Shown here one piece after another: positions 1 to 10,170 of a stretch of DNA of 64,000 bases; the stretch's first letter is position 1, and every line of letters begins with the position of its first letter. Under the pieces are notes generated by a model, which worked only from the letters and a program-made list of their open reading frames with translations, had not been told where the DNA came from and did no database searches. The translations under genes and the position numbers were made by a program. Location: the IMG/VR virus record IMGVR_UViG_3300020608_000013, positions 1 to 64,000 of that record. One strand, 5' to 3'.

Positions 1-106
1 CTCGTTCCTTCGTAACTCGTACAATACATTACAACACAAGGTATAAAAATACAGAGTGAAAAATAGGCAAAAAAAATAACATAACGAATAGGTATGCCTT
101 AAGGGT

Positions 107-1291
107 TTACTCTAGCCAATCGCTTAGATCGAAATCATTGCACGCAACCCGAAGACGTTCCTCATAACTTTCCTCATCACAGTGAATAATATCGTCGTAT
201 TCTCCTAGTAGTACAAACAGTTGTTTATCCTCGTTAATGTAGTATTTGTCGATATTGTTATGTGTCCATGTCAATGGTGACTTAATTTCAGCTATATGCC
301 CACCCTCTTCCAGATGGGACTCTACTACCTTCTTGTCAACTCTGGTGTACCAACCATCATTAAGGTCAGTGTAACCACTTTGCAAAAGATCGATTAGTTT
401 GCGTAATGCGCTAGCTGCTGTTTGTCGATCGCCCTTTCTCCACTGTCTCCCTAGTTTGTAATCGATCGTGTACCGAACTATTGTGCTAAGCTCCACACGG
501 AGATTTACACGCGGCGTGATGGATAACATGGCTGTTTCTTTGTAGAGGGTATGTTTACCTTCTACAGAGTCAATCAACTGCTCTCTATCGAGCTTCTCGA
601 GAGTCTCTCCTTCACTGAGGAGTGGGGGTTTGTTCTCCCCTAAAAATAATTGACACTCCTCTCTCAACACACGAAATGCGTCGTCGGAATCGTAGTCAAA
701 CTCTTCGCAAAGATCGTTGATTGTTTCGAGTAATGTGGTGGGGTAATTTAGCCCCCAGAAAAGTTGTTGAAGATGTGCCGAATCCTCCACCTCTTTGTCC
801 TGGTAGGTTAATATATAGCGACCATCGTCACTACCATTAATAGTAGCAATACCACTCAACGCCTTTGACATCCAGAGGTACGGGGGTACTTTAACTTGAA
901 GTTCGTCGTCTTCAGAGTAACCAATTTCAAAGACTTCAAAGATTTCTTTGTAGGTGTTAAGCGATACTCTTGTAGTATCTAAGTACGTACGCGCTTCCAA
1001 TGGTAACGCGTTGTCAAAGATGGTATCGGTCAGTGCTTTAACTGTACCCAAATGATCGACCCCATCGTACTTTTCCTGTAGATGGTCAAGTGTTGCGGTT
1101 AGGGTGTGATGATCCACTTCTCCCATCAATTCTACGAACGCGTGTCCGCAAACATTACCGTCTTTTTCCTTTCTTCCATTAATGTACGCGTTAACAATTC
1201 GTTCGATAGCCTCGTATGTTTTTTGACAAACATAGTTGCAAAGATCGTCTTTATTGACCGATAGACCGTTGGTGGTTAAGTATAATGACAT
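107..1291 (-). CDS. hypothetical protein (~394 aa)
   Basis: Long ORF. ATG at 1291 has GGAG upstream (the track starts at TTG 1303). No recognisable motif. Confidence 0.75.
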   Translation of the reverse strand: MSLYLTTNGLSVNKDDLCNYVCQKTYEAIERIVNAYINGRKEKDGNVCGHAFVELMGEVDHHTLTATLDHLQEKYDGVDHLGTVKALTDTIFDNALPLEARTYLDTTRVSLNTYKEIFEVFEIGYSEDDELQVKVPPYLWMSKALSGIATINGSDDGRYILTYQDKEVEDSAHLQQLFWGLNYPTTLLETINDLCEEFDYDSDDAFRVLREECQLFLGENKPPLLSEGETLEKLDREQLIDSVEGKHTLYKETAMLSITPRVNLRVELSTIVRYTIDYKLGRQWRKGDRQTAASALRKLIDLLQSGYTDLNDGWYTRVDKKVVESHLEEGGHIAEIKSPLTWTHNNIDKYYINEDKQLFVLLGEYDDIIHCDEESYEERLRVACNDFDLSDWLE

Positions 1292-1359
1292 GATTTTCTC
1301 CAAGTTCCCTAAGTTTTCTACTAGATTCCACTTAGATAGTATATGTCTAAATTAATATT

Positions 1360-2247
1360 TTAAAACTTGTACGGTGTCTTATATTGAGGTTTAAGCTTGC
1401 CCTGGAACTTGTATTCAGAAAACGACCAATCGTATTCTTTTGGCACATATTCAAAAGTAGGGTAGGTCTCGTTTAAGGTAATGACGGGAGAGGTCAGTGT
1501 AATCGATTCTCTGGCGTTTAATTCAATCTTCCTAGAGTTTATTACCACTTCAATATCATCGCCCTCTATGAGGATTTTAGGGGCTTTTAAATGGACTTTT
1601 TTCTCAGTCTCTACTAAGAACAAATCTTCGTCACTTTTAAGTTTGTAGTGATTGCCTACGTCATCACGATGCTCTATCCAGTTCTTACGCGTGTCGACAA
1701 CAATGTCATATTCATAATCTTCTCCATCGCTTTTACTTGTGTGTGTCCAAATGTGTTTATCATGTGTTGAGTATTCATGCCAATAGGAGGTCGACTTATC
1801 CCACTCTACTAAACGAGGTTCTAGATTACCAAACATATAACAGACGGTTTCTTTACGTCGTATTAAGGGTTCGCGAAATAACGCTGTCCAGTAATACACG
1901 TCAGTGTCAGAGAAACGGAACATCAGTACGGTTTCATTCGCTATGAGGTCAGGTGGCGTGTTTCGATTACTGTCGTCCCCCAACGGTATCCATTTAGCCT
2001 TAATAGTTGCCTTACCCGTAGAAGTCGCTTTTTTCACGACATCGTTCGCTTCAGGTAGTTCACTACCTACAGTTACTGAATAACCTTTCACACTACCATC
2101 TATAATAGGGAGTTCTTCAATAGGGTAAAGTACTGCTATATCTGTACCTCGTGGCTTATCTTCCGTCACGATACCTAAACTAAAAATACGTAACCCAGAC
2201 GTTCGGTTATTATCGCCCGTAGGGTTCATACGTTTGTTATTTTCCAT
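1360..2247 (-). CDS. baseplate central spike/tail-tip protein (phiKZ gp164-like, OB-fold plus beta-strand repeats)
   Basis: AKWIPLGDDSNRNTPPDLIANETVLMFRFSDTDVYYW resembles the gp5/gp164-type N-terminal module. The C-terminal beta-rich repeats (KKVHLKAPKILIEG, KIELNARESITLTSPVITLN) suggest a beta-helix spike. Adjacent to SbcC. Confidence 0.65.
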   Translation of the reverse strand: MENNKRMNPTGDNNRTSGLRIFSLGIVTEDKPRGTDIAVLYPIEELPIIDGSVKGYSVTVGSELPEANDVVKKATSTGKATIKAKWIPLGDDSNRNTPPDLIANETVLMFRFSDTDVYYWTALFREPLIRRKETVCYMFGNLEPRLVEWDKSTSYWHEYSTHDKHIWTHTSKSDGEDYEYDIVVDTRKNWIEHRDDVGNHYKLKSDEDLFLVETEKKVHLKAPKILIEGDDIEVVINSRKIELNARESITLTSPVITLNETYPTFEYVPKEYDWSFSEYKFQGKLKPQYKTPYKF

Positions 2248-2273
2248 TTTATTAATTCCTTTTGAGATTAACT

Positions 2274-4742
2274 ATGTCTACATTTATAGAAACGATTACG
2301 TTACATAAATTTAAACGTTTAAAATTAAAAGCTATCGAAACAATAACGATAGCTTTCACTACTAAAATGCACCTTATACTAGGTACACACGGGTCAGGCA
2401 AATCATCGATCTTTTCACAACTATCACCTCAACCAATCGATAAGAGCGATTACGATGAGGGCGGTTATAAGGAAATCACAATACGGTCTAATAATGAGAA
2501 AATTGTACTCTATAGCGGATGGGATCGACATGAGTTTATCGTTGGGTCACGCGGTAACATCAATAGTAGTCAAAATATATCCACTCAACGAAAACTTGTA
2601 AAAGAGTATTTTAATTACGATAATAGCATCCACCAGTTAATCGTTACCGACCAACTACAATTCACTGAAATGTCGCCTCAACAGCGGAAAGATTGGCTGA
2701 TGCGAATGTCTAAAGGTAATTACGATTACGCTATAGAGAAATATAATAAGGCTAAAAAAAGGATCGTCGAATTAAGAAACAATATAAACTACCTACAAAA
2801 ACAGTTAGAACTTACAAAAGGCAAGCGTGATGGCCTAAAGAAATACAACAGTGAATACATCACAGGTATCAGTAAAGAGATCGAGGTGTTAAATACGTTA
2901 CGTAAATTCGATTACGAAGTTGTTAATTTTACTGAAAAAGAGTATGTGGAAGAGGTGCGTAAATTATCACCTGCTATTAAAACACTATCGAAACGTTTTA
3001 TAAACTATATTGGTAAAAAAGATAAAGCGTTACTAGAAAGTGAGATTAGTGTATTAAAGAGTAACATTCGTGTGAAAGATGTCACATTGAACGAACTCTA
3101 TGAACAAAGAAAAGATGCGTTGAATAAAATAGCTAAATGTGAAAACATGGAGGATGTTGATATAATTAAATCGAAAATAGGCGAAGTAACTAAGAACTTG
3201 ATTAAGTTGGAGGTCACTTTACCCCCCTACTTAAAGAATAACTTTATTGTCCCTGTACTAGACATCTATTTAAAAGAACTGAATAGTTGCTTTAGTAAGT
3301 TCCCAGTAGATTTTGTCTATAAGCGAGCAATACATCTTGAGTATATTAGGCAACTAGACGAATGTAAGATGAAAGAAAGGCACTTTAATACAGAAATAGA
3401 CACGCTGACACGTAAACGTGCCGAACTTGAAGATCGTAAGAAAGAGACATTAACATGTCCAAAATGTACACATACTTGGCATCCTGATTACAGTGAAAAT
3501 GATTATGTAACGACCGTTAATAAGATCGCTACTTTAAACCATCGTCTAGAGGCTAACCAAACAGAAGGTCAAGAGCTTAGTCGTCGAGTAGATCAATGTG
3601 ACCTATACATCACTCAATTCAACCATCTGAAGCACCTTACTTTAGTAAGGCACAAGTATACTCTTATATGGGATCACTTAATACAGCGCGTTTTAGGCAG
3701 GAATACGTGCGAGTTTCATCTGTTCTACGGTGAGCTTAATAAACACTTTAATACACTACAAGAAATGAGTGAAGGTGAGGCGCAATTAAGTGAGTTGAAA
3801 CAAACACTTAGTGAACAAGAGAATATGAGTAAAGTGAGTGAAGAGCATGTCACTCGCCAGTACGAAACCCTTGAACATACGATACAAACTAAGCTACAAG
3901 AACGTGAGGTGTTGCACGATGAGTTAAACACGCTATTAAGCGATCTAGGAGAGTATAATACACTCTTTAAGAAAATAGACGTGTTGAGAAAAGAAGGTCA
4001 GACATTGCAAATTAAACGGTTGAAAGCGATAAACAGTGAGGCGCAGAAAGCGATCTCCACAGAACTCTCACGACTTAATAAAATATTCAGCGAATACCAG
4101 CGCCATCATGACCTCTATGATCGATACACTAGAACAATAAACGACTTAACAAACCAGATAAAAGAACTCGATGAACGCCGTACCATAGTCACTAAAATGC
4201 GTGATAAATTATCACCAAAAGACGGGCAGATCGCTAAAGACTTACTAGGGTTCATTAACCATTTTGTTAATACGGTAAACGATCGTATTAATTCAGTATG
4301 GTCGTATAATATGATCTTAGAAGCGCCCGTGTTCGATGAAGAAACAACTGAACTAAATTACCGCTTTCCTATTGTCGTCAACAACAATGTTGAGGATAAA
4401 GTTAGCGATATAAAGTTCGGTTCAGGTGCAATGAAGGAAGTGATTAATCTTTGTGTGAAAATCGCCACTATACAGTACTTAGACTTGGGTGGTTGGCCCT
4501 TACACATAGACGAGTTAGGTCATCGAATGAACCCTGAGCATAAGCGCGTAATGTACGATATGGTCTACACACTATCTTTACAAAGCGCTTATACCAATTT
4601 GTTTATGATTAGCCATGATTCACAGTGCTACGACACATTAATGAATACTAACATAACATACTTGGGCGATCGTAACGAACTAGAACTGGAGAATAATAAG
4701 AATAATATGGTTAATCAGACAACAAAAATAAGTTATAAATGA
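2274..4742 (+). CDS. sbcC: SbcC/Rad50-like SMC ATPase (phiKZ gp165-like)
   Basis: Walker A LILGTHGSGKSS, long coiled coils, CPKC zinc hook, signature FGSGAMKEVINL, Walker B LHIDELG, ISH. TTG start at 2262 is an alternative. Confidence 0.92.
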   Translation: MSTFIETITLHKFKRLKLKAIETITIAFTTKMHLILGTHGSGKSSIFSQLSPQPIDKSDYDEGGYKEITIRSNNEKIVLYSGWDRHEFIVGSRGNINSSQNISTQRKLVKEYFNYDNSIHQLIVTDQLQFTEMSPQQRKDWLMRMSKGNYDYAIEKYNKAKKRIVELRNNINYLQKQLELTKGKRDGLKKYNSEYITGISKEIEVLNTLRKFDYEVVNFTEKEYVEEVRKLSPAIKTLSKRFINYIGKKDKALLESEISVLKSNIRVKDVTLNELYEQRKDALNKIAKCENMEDVDIIKSKIGEVTKNLIKLEVTLPPYLKNNFIVPVLDIYLKELNSCFSKFPVDFVYKRAIHLEYIRQLDECKMKERHFNTEIDTLTRKRAELEDRKKETLTCPKCTHTWHPDYSENDYVTTVNKIATLNHRLEANQTEGQELSRRVDQCDLYITQFNHLKHLTLVRHKYTLIWDHLIQRVLGRNTCEFHLFYGELNKHFNTLQEMSEGEAQLSELKQTLSEQENMSKVSEEHVTRQYETLEHTIQTKLQEREVLHDELNTLLSDLGEYNTLFKKIDVLRKEGQTLQIKRLKAINSEAQKAISTELSRLNKIFSEYQRHHDLYDRYTRTINDLTNQIKELDERRTIVTKMRDKLSPKDGQIAKDLLGFINHFVNTVNDRINSVWSYNMILEAPVFDEETTELNYRFPIVVNNNVEDKVSDIKFGSGAMKEVINLCVKIATIQYLDLGGWPLHIDELGHRMNPEHKRVMYDMVYTLSLQSAYTNLFMISHDSQCYDTLMNTNITYLGDRNELELENNKNNMVNQTTKISYK

Positions 4743-4744
4743 CC

Positions 4745-5746
4745 TTAACCTTCATGGTTAAATAACACTATAGGGTCTGTAGGGAAACAGTTAAAACACT
4801 CGTCTTCCTCGACATGTTTATAAACTACACGTTTTGTAGGGCGTTTAGTGCTGATTTCCCAAAATAAGAAAAACGATAAAGGTGTAGAAGGGAAGCCGTC
4901 GAAACATTCATCAAATTCGTCTTGTTGGAAAGGTGTGCGTTTAGCATGTACTTGAACGTTAGGTTCGTCAAATAAGAACAGACTCTCAGGTGTGAGAGGG
5001 AAACAATCTTGCGTTTCTGTTAAGTCAGTTGAAGTGTCCGTAGGGTCGTTAATATTACTGTCGTCGTCTCCATTATCCCCATTACCATTATCTTGGTCAT
5101 CTGTAGGTGGTTTATCTTTACAGTGTTCCAGTAGTTGATTTTTACACATACATTCTTCGATGAACTTCACAAGTACATCGCGCTGCTCGACAACAATGGT
5201 GAATTCCTCTAATAGTTCATCGTAAGTCTGCTGTGCCTCAATATCAAGATCGGGTTTATTACCATCCCTTAGTAATTGTAGAGCACTGTGCTCCTCAACA
5301 GAGATATATTCAACACTGGAAATTTCGACAGGTTGTGTGTTTGAAGCAACGCCTAAAACATCTAGTACGGTTTTTTCAATCGCATCAACTACCGCAGTGT
5401 AGTCGTGACCAAGTGGCATGGCACCTAAATTTACACTTAGGGAGACGGCATGGTAGGGGATACCCACCTCTTCTTCACGGTCAACATAGTGTAACGGTAA
5501 CTCAATTTTACGTCCAGTGTTACTAACTAAGGTAATGAGTGTTTCATTACCTTTAAGGTCTTGCACATAACTGTCTTCTATACCGTGTAGTTGATAAATG
5601 GTTATTTTAGGATCGACACCTATCGCAAGATATTCTGTAATTTGTGCAAGTTTAGTACACTCGTAACTTACATGGCTGTCGTTGTACGCGGTAAAAGGTT
5701 CTTTAAATACAAACCCTCCTTTATCACCTACTTGTATACTACTCAT
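4745..5746 (-). CDS. virion structural protein with acidic/Cys-repeat C-terminal extension
   Basis: The N-terminal ~165 aa (YHAVSLSVNLGAMP...VLGV) resembles a conserved phiKZ-like virion protein. It is followed by a D/N-rich linker and three CF..P.TP..LF repeats. Confidence 0.6.
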   Translation of the reverse strand: MSSIQVGDKGGFVFKEPFTAYNDSHVSYECTKLAQITEYLAIGVDPKITIYQLHGIEDSYVQDLKGNETLITLVSNTGRKIELPLHYVDREEEVGIPYHAVSLSVNLGAMPLGHDYTAVVDAIEKTVLDVLGVASNTQPVEISSVEYISVEEHSALQLLRDGNKPDLDIEAQQTYDELLEEFTIVVEQRDVLVKFIEECMCKNQLLEHCKDKPPTDDQDNGNGDNGDDDSNINDPTDTSTDLTETQDCFPLTPESLFLFDEPNVQVHAKRTPFQQDEFDECFDGFPSTPLSFFLFWEISTKRPTKRVVYKHVEEDECFNCFPTDPIVLFNHEG

Positions 5747-5758
5747 GTCACATACCCC

Positions 5759-7027
5759 TTATTTAATAAGAACGTGATACACAATCCCATCGTGAGACTT
5801 AGATAGGTAGTAGTGGCCATTTTTCATATAGACGTTGCTACTAATATAAAATGCTTCGTCTTTAATTTGATTAGCCTCAATAACTAAGTCATTAATGAAT
5901 TTCGACCACACTTGTGTCTCTACGGTCATATCGTTGTAGGCTCTGGATAGCGGCGATACAGGGATGTATGTACTGTACTTAACGGCTAGTTTATTACCAT
6001 ACTGTTCGTTATCAGGACTTGCTATCGTTACCAACAAACTTTGGTTATAGGTGATGCTAAACACACCTAGATTACGAATTAAGCTATCTGTCGAAATGTT
6101 AAAGATTAGTGATTTCACATACTCGATAATTTCGTCAATATTAGCAATCCCCCTACTAGCGATTTCGTGATTGTACATCGTCTCGGGTTTAATAGGGATG
6201 ATTATATAATCATTACCCTCATAGAGTCTAGGGTAAACATAATACCCCCAATCAATCGGTGTACGTTCAGTATGCTCGTTAATATACTCTTTAGTCGCTG
6301 TATTAAGGAATTGTTCATCGGGTAAACGACCGTTTACAAGGAATACCCATGTTGTCTCATAAATAACACCTTCTTCATTAGAAGGTTCGTAGACATAGTT
6401 TTTAGATATGATGTTGGTAGGCGGTGTATTACCAATCACATCGCTAATTCGTTGATAGTTTAACTGGACATCGTTTTGGTAAGCTTCTAATTGTCTTATG
6501 ACGGTTGTGGGCTTTTGGAATAGATCGTCAAGCACATCAATTGGAGGAATGATTCTTAGTGTGTAATGATCATATTCTTCACTAAAGAGTTCGTTATTTA
6601 ACCAAACTCTTATTTCGTCACCCGTATCAACCGACTTGATGTTAATCCATTTAGGCAGCATCACCACGGAAGGTATGCTGATCACTTCACCTGCTGTAAT
6701 TATATATGTGTTTTCAGCATATATTGTACTAAGATGGGCGATTAACGTGTCATTAGTGAGTAGTATATCATTCATGTTTAGAAAGCGAAATGTTTCATGG
6801 AAGATATTTCTAACTAATGTTAAATAGTCGTCTGGTATGACAACATCGACCCCGTTGTTTTTTGAAAGGAAAACATTGATTGACCACCCATCCTCTAATG
6901 TGGGGTATTTTTTAATGTCGGTTGCGTATGTTATTGTCTGGTTAGACAGTTCGCCGAGCGGCGCTATTTGCTCTTCATCGTTATCGACTAACGTGTCGTT
7001 TGTTAAAAAAAGTCTGGCTTGGTACAT
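5759..7027 (-). CDS. virion structural protein (phiKZ gp157-like)
   Basis: N-terminal IAPLGELSNQTITYATDIKKY and C-terminal KNGHYYLSKSHDGIVYHVL are typical of this family. Position next to the RNase H-like gene fits. Confidence 0.6.
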   Translation of the reverse strand: MYQARLFLTNDTLVDNDEEQIAPLGELSNQTITYATDIKKYPTLEDGWSINVFLSKNNGVDVVIPDDYLTLVRNIFHETFRFLNMNDILLTNDTLIAHLSTIYAENTYIITAGEVISIPSVVMLPKWINIKSVDTGDEIRVWLNNELFSEEYDHYTLRIIPPIDVLDDLFQKPTTVIRQLEAYQNDVQLNYQRISDVIGNTPPTNIISKNYVYEPSNEEGVIYETTWVFLVNGRLPDEQFLNTATKEYINEHTERTPIDWGYYVYPRLYEGNDYIIIPIKPETMYNHEIASRGIANIDEIIEYVKSLIFNISTDSLIRNLGVFSITYNQSLLVTIASPDNEQYGNKLAVKYSTYIPVSPLSRAYNDMTVETQVWSKFINDLVIEANQIKDEAFYISSNVYMKNGHYYLSKSHDGIVYHVLIK

Positions 7028-7062
7028 TATTGTTACCTCGTTAAAAACTCAAGTTATTTAAA

Positions 7063-7398
7063 ATGGCAGATAATTCTGTCAAGGTTAAATTTATGCCGTA
7101 TCTTAAGATATTTTTAAAGTTCGTTAATTACATTTCGCCTAAACGCCCACATGAAAGTAAAGTTGGGCATTTTTTACGTACCTCCTTCTTAGGGGCGTGT
7201 ATGGTACTAGCAGTTCGTACTATCCCACTATCCAGCGAAGTAATTGAGTTGGAAAAGGAAAACGCTCGAATAAACCACTTGTGTCTAGATAAAGTGATGG
7301 AAAGTAATAAAAACTACACGCCCACCTTGTATGGCGAACATCTATTACGCGAGGCAGAAGAATCAGGGTTAAGTGATTCCAACGATAATAAAGAGTAG
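7063..7398 (+). CDS. small single-TM protein (possible spanin-like/lysis accessory)
   Basis: Hydrophobic segment FLRTSFLGACMVLAV followed by coiled-coil-like EVIELEKENARIN. Function is inferred only. Confidence 0.5.
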   Translation: MADNSVKVKFMPYLKIFLKFVNYISPKRPHESKVGHFLRTSFLGACMVLAVRTIPLSSEVIELEKENARINHLCLDKVMESNKNYTPTLYGEHLLREAEESGLSDSNDNKE

Positions 7399-8832
7399 TT
7401 GACCATGTACATTGTTTTTTATATAGACTTCTATGCTGAGAATACTGGTTATGTTGGTGTAGGTTATCATGGGTATCTCGGAGGTGTTCAGGATAATCTT
7501 AAGAAGATCACTGACGAGACCTCTTACGGATACCTACCAAAGAAGGCAAGAGGTGCTTATGATGCTGTTAATGTAAATGTTTTAAAGTATATAAATGTGC
7601 TTAAATCATTACCCGTTAAAGAGGGGAGTAGTAAGAATGATATTACTGTGATGGGATTTACTTGGCTGATTGATTATATAAAAGAAATATCGTCTATCGA
7701 CCAACAATTTACGCAAGCGACATTACTCTACAACGACCCTGCAATTGATAACAGAGTGCTAAAATTAGGACTAAAGGATAAAATCAATACAGTCTTAACT
7801 AACTGTAAAGTTTTAATAAGCTCTATTTATGAAGCTGAAAATATTTCAGAGAAAGGTAGTTTCAGGACTAAACCACTTGCTTACATTGCGTTTAGAAAAT
7901 CACTCACTGATGGCACGATTACTGAAGTGAAGCTTATCGATAAGAAAGACTTCTCAAAAAAACCTAAATTAAACCCACTTATAAATAGCACTTATCTGTG
8001 GATTAGTGTACTTTACGACACAAACACTTATTGCTTTGCCAATGGGTATGAAGATATTAATGATATGGGTTTATTGTCTAACCTTGTAGGGTTTAATATT
8101 GTCGTACTTAACGACCCCGACCCTTATTTAGAACGCTTGTTAAGTGCTTTAAGAACCTTTAGAAATGGCGCGACATACCCTATCACTGGCTCGCTCCCTA
8201 TGTTTTTCAAAGCTGATGTCCTTAATATGCTGAGTGAGTACAACGATGTCTTTTACCCTAAATTAGCTTTAGACGGAGGTCAAATACTCTACTATGGAGA
8301 TCGTGCGACACCGCTGTTAAAGGAAAATACTAATCCTCGGTATACGGCACTTTGTAACGAAATGTATGAACCGATGTATTATTCACTAACACATAATGTT
8401 GTTTTTGCAGATACTGATGAAGTAGCGACCTTCTTAGAGAGTGGTGTATTACCGAATACACCTACATCAAAAACAGACTTAACAGAAACGTTCTACGACA
8501 CCACGTTCACAAAACAAAATAAAGTGAAGAAGACTTTGCGAAAAGATGTCTCGACCTCCCTAAAGAAGTCGAGACATCGGTTGACAACAGTTGAATTGCC
8601 TAATGGCGCAAAGAAAACCATCCATGTTTGGCTATTATATGGTCTAAATTTCCCGTTACGAAATACGTTAAAGGCGATTGAAAAACTAGACCCTGTTGTT
8701 TATATACAATACCGTATCATCGATGGTAATTTCCTCCGCTATCAAGCTATTGTAGAAACAACTCAAGGGAGAAGTATATGGTCTAGACACCATATAGATC
8801 ATGTGTTAATCGATATTGAAAATAACAAATAG
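7399..8832 (+). CDS. RNase H-fold protein (phiKZ gp155-like), catalytic motif partly degenerate
   Basis: N-terminal FYIDF...GVGYHGY, T.YGY and YNDP align with the RNase HI-like N-domain, followed by a long phage-specific C-domain. ATG at 7405 is an alternative start. Confidence 0.65.
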   Translation: MTMYIVFYIDFYAENTGYVGVGYHGYLGGVQDNLKKITDETSYGYLPKKARGAYDAVNVNVLKYINVLKSLPVKEGSSKNDITVMGFTWLIDYIKEISSIDQQFTQATLLYNDPAIDNRVLKLGLKDKINTVLTNCKVLISSIYEAENISEKGSFRTKPLAYIAFRKSLTDGTITEVKLIDKKDFSKKPKLNPLINSTYLWISVLYDTNTYCFANGYEDINDMGLLSNLVGFNIVVLNDPDPYLERLLSALRTFRNGATYPITGSLPMFFKADVLNMLSEYNDVFYPKLALDGGQILYYGDRATPLLKENTNPRYTALCNEMYEPMYYSLTHNVVFADTDEVATFLESGVLPNTPTSKTDLTETFYDTTFTKQNKVKKTLRKDVSTSLKKSRHRLTTVELPNGAKKTIHVWLLYGLNFPLRNTLKAIEKLDPVVYIQYRIIDGNFLRYQAIVETTQGRSIWSRHHIDHVLIDIENNK

Positions 8833-9168
8833 GATTTCCAACACACCTTTATAAAGCATCGTAGGGTCATCCATATTTAAAATAGAAAGAACTAATGCCA
8901 GACCAATGAAAATTAGAGGTAGCGTAATTAAAATTAACCCAATCAACTTACGATGGTAAAATTCTAAGTCTACCTCTGCCTTTCGACGGTACGTCTCAAG
9001 TGACTCTTCGATGCGTAAACTATCTTTGTTAATAACACCATCTCTCAAGTCCAATAGAATGGTCTCCTTTTCCTCGTCTGTCAACTCTTCTAGTAGCGCA
9101 TCAATAGCTAATACTTGCTCCTTACTTAAGCTTTTTAACCGTAGCGTCACTTCTTCATTAAGAGCCAT
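8806..9168 (-). CDS. membrane protein with two C-terminal TM helices (holin-like candidate)
   Basis: Charged N-domain followed by LIGLILITLPLIFIGLALVLSIL and MLYKGVLEILFVIF. GAGGT SD lies upstream of ATG 9168. Confidence 0.6.
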   Translation of the reverse strand: MALNEEVTLRLKSLSKEQVLAIDALLEELTDEEKETILLDLRDGVINKDSLRIEESLETYRRKAEVDLEFYHRKLIGLILITLPLIFIGLALVLSILNMDDPTMLYKGVLEILFVIFNID

Positions 9169-9182
9169 GTTAAACACCTCTG

Positions 9183-10166
9183 TTATTGAAATGGTAAGGT
9201 AAGCACATCCCCCACTTGTATTGTATTAATACTCTTTAAGCGATCAGCGTTTAATTCATAAATTTTCACTACGAAACGTTTATCACCGTAGAGTTTCATG
9301 CTCACTTTCTCTAGAGTGTCGCCTGCCTTTACAATATAAGTCTGGCGCGTACTCTCCCTATCAAGGGATATATCCTGTAATAGATGTCGACTATACCGCA
9401 TATACTCCCCACTTATCCTTACTAATTCCTCCCTATATTTATCATATATTACCCTATTTATCAACAACTTTCTAGATGTTTCTTGTTTCTTAAGAAGCGT
9501 TGTGAAAAATAATGGTTGGTCTGTAGCCTGACTACCCATATTAACGGGCGCATTTAACACTAGGTACATGACTGAAATTAAAGTTAGTGCTAGAATTAGT
9601 GTCACGTAAACAGTGTATATAGGACCTTGTTCGTAAAATAAAGGTACAGGTCCTTTATTCTTAAGACTCAAGCGGTAGTGTTTTAAATGGCCGTTGCGGT
9701 AACTATTATACCCTTTACCTGTAAAAGGGTAGTATAAATCGTCATAAACATCACTCATACCCCGATCGTTATAATAATGTTGTCTAGTCACTTTTCCTAA
9801 AAACTCATAGCTTCTCAAACCAACAAACGCTGATAATTTACCTTTGCTTAAATGTTGTACTAGTTCGGGGTTATTACAACAATCTTTATAAACCTTATTT
9901 TTCTCTAGCGTTTTTTTATGACGCATCTCACGTCGTTTATTTATAAGTTTCATCCGCTCTGCGCCAGTTGAACTCGCTATATCTTTATCTAACGAATCCA
10001 TAACAGATTCTGAAAGGGTTTTGCGGTAGTTATACCCTCTTCGCAATCGAGCGTCTTCTTTAACTAAATCAGGGTCTTCTTGACCTGTAACATAAACAAG
10101 CTCATCGTTGTAATCGCCAGCGCGACGGTGATGGTGTTTCATTGGGTTTTTTTTGTACGTATTCAT
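9183..10166 (-). CDS. membrane-anchored LysM (peptidoglycan-binding) protein
   Basis: TM segment VYVTLILALTLISVMYLVL. C-terminal YIVKAGDTLEKVSMKLYG...IYELN...INTIQVGDVLTLP is a canonical LysM domain. Confidence 0.85.
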   Translation of the reverse strand: MNTYKKNPMKHHHRRAGDYNDELVYVTGQEDPDLVKEDARLRRGYNYRKTLSESVMDSLDKDIASSTGAERMKLINKRREMRHKKTLEKNKVYKDCCNNPELVQHLSKGKLSAFVGLRSYEFLGKVTRQHYYNDRGMSDVYDDLYYPFTGKGYNSYRNGHLKHYRLSLKNKGPVPLFYEQGPIYTVYVTLILALTLISVMYLVLNAPVNMGSQATDQPLFFTTLLKKQETSRKLLINRVIYDKYREELVRISGEYMRYSRHLLQDISLDRESTRQTYIVKAGDTLEKVSMKLYGDKRFVVKIYELNADRLKSINTIQVGDVLTLPFQ

Positions 10167-10170
10167 GAGA

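Noticed and set aside
9160-9180. 14-nt match TGTTTAACATGGCT shared with the start region at 62973
   Set aside because: Only two copies, both constrained by start-codon context, so probably chance.
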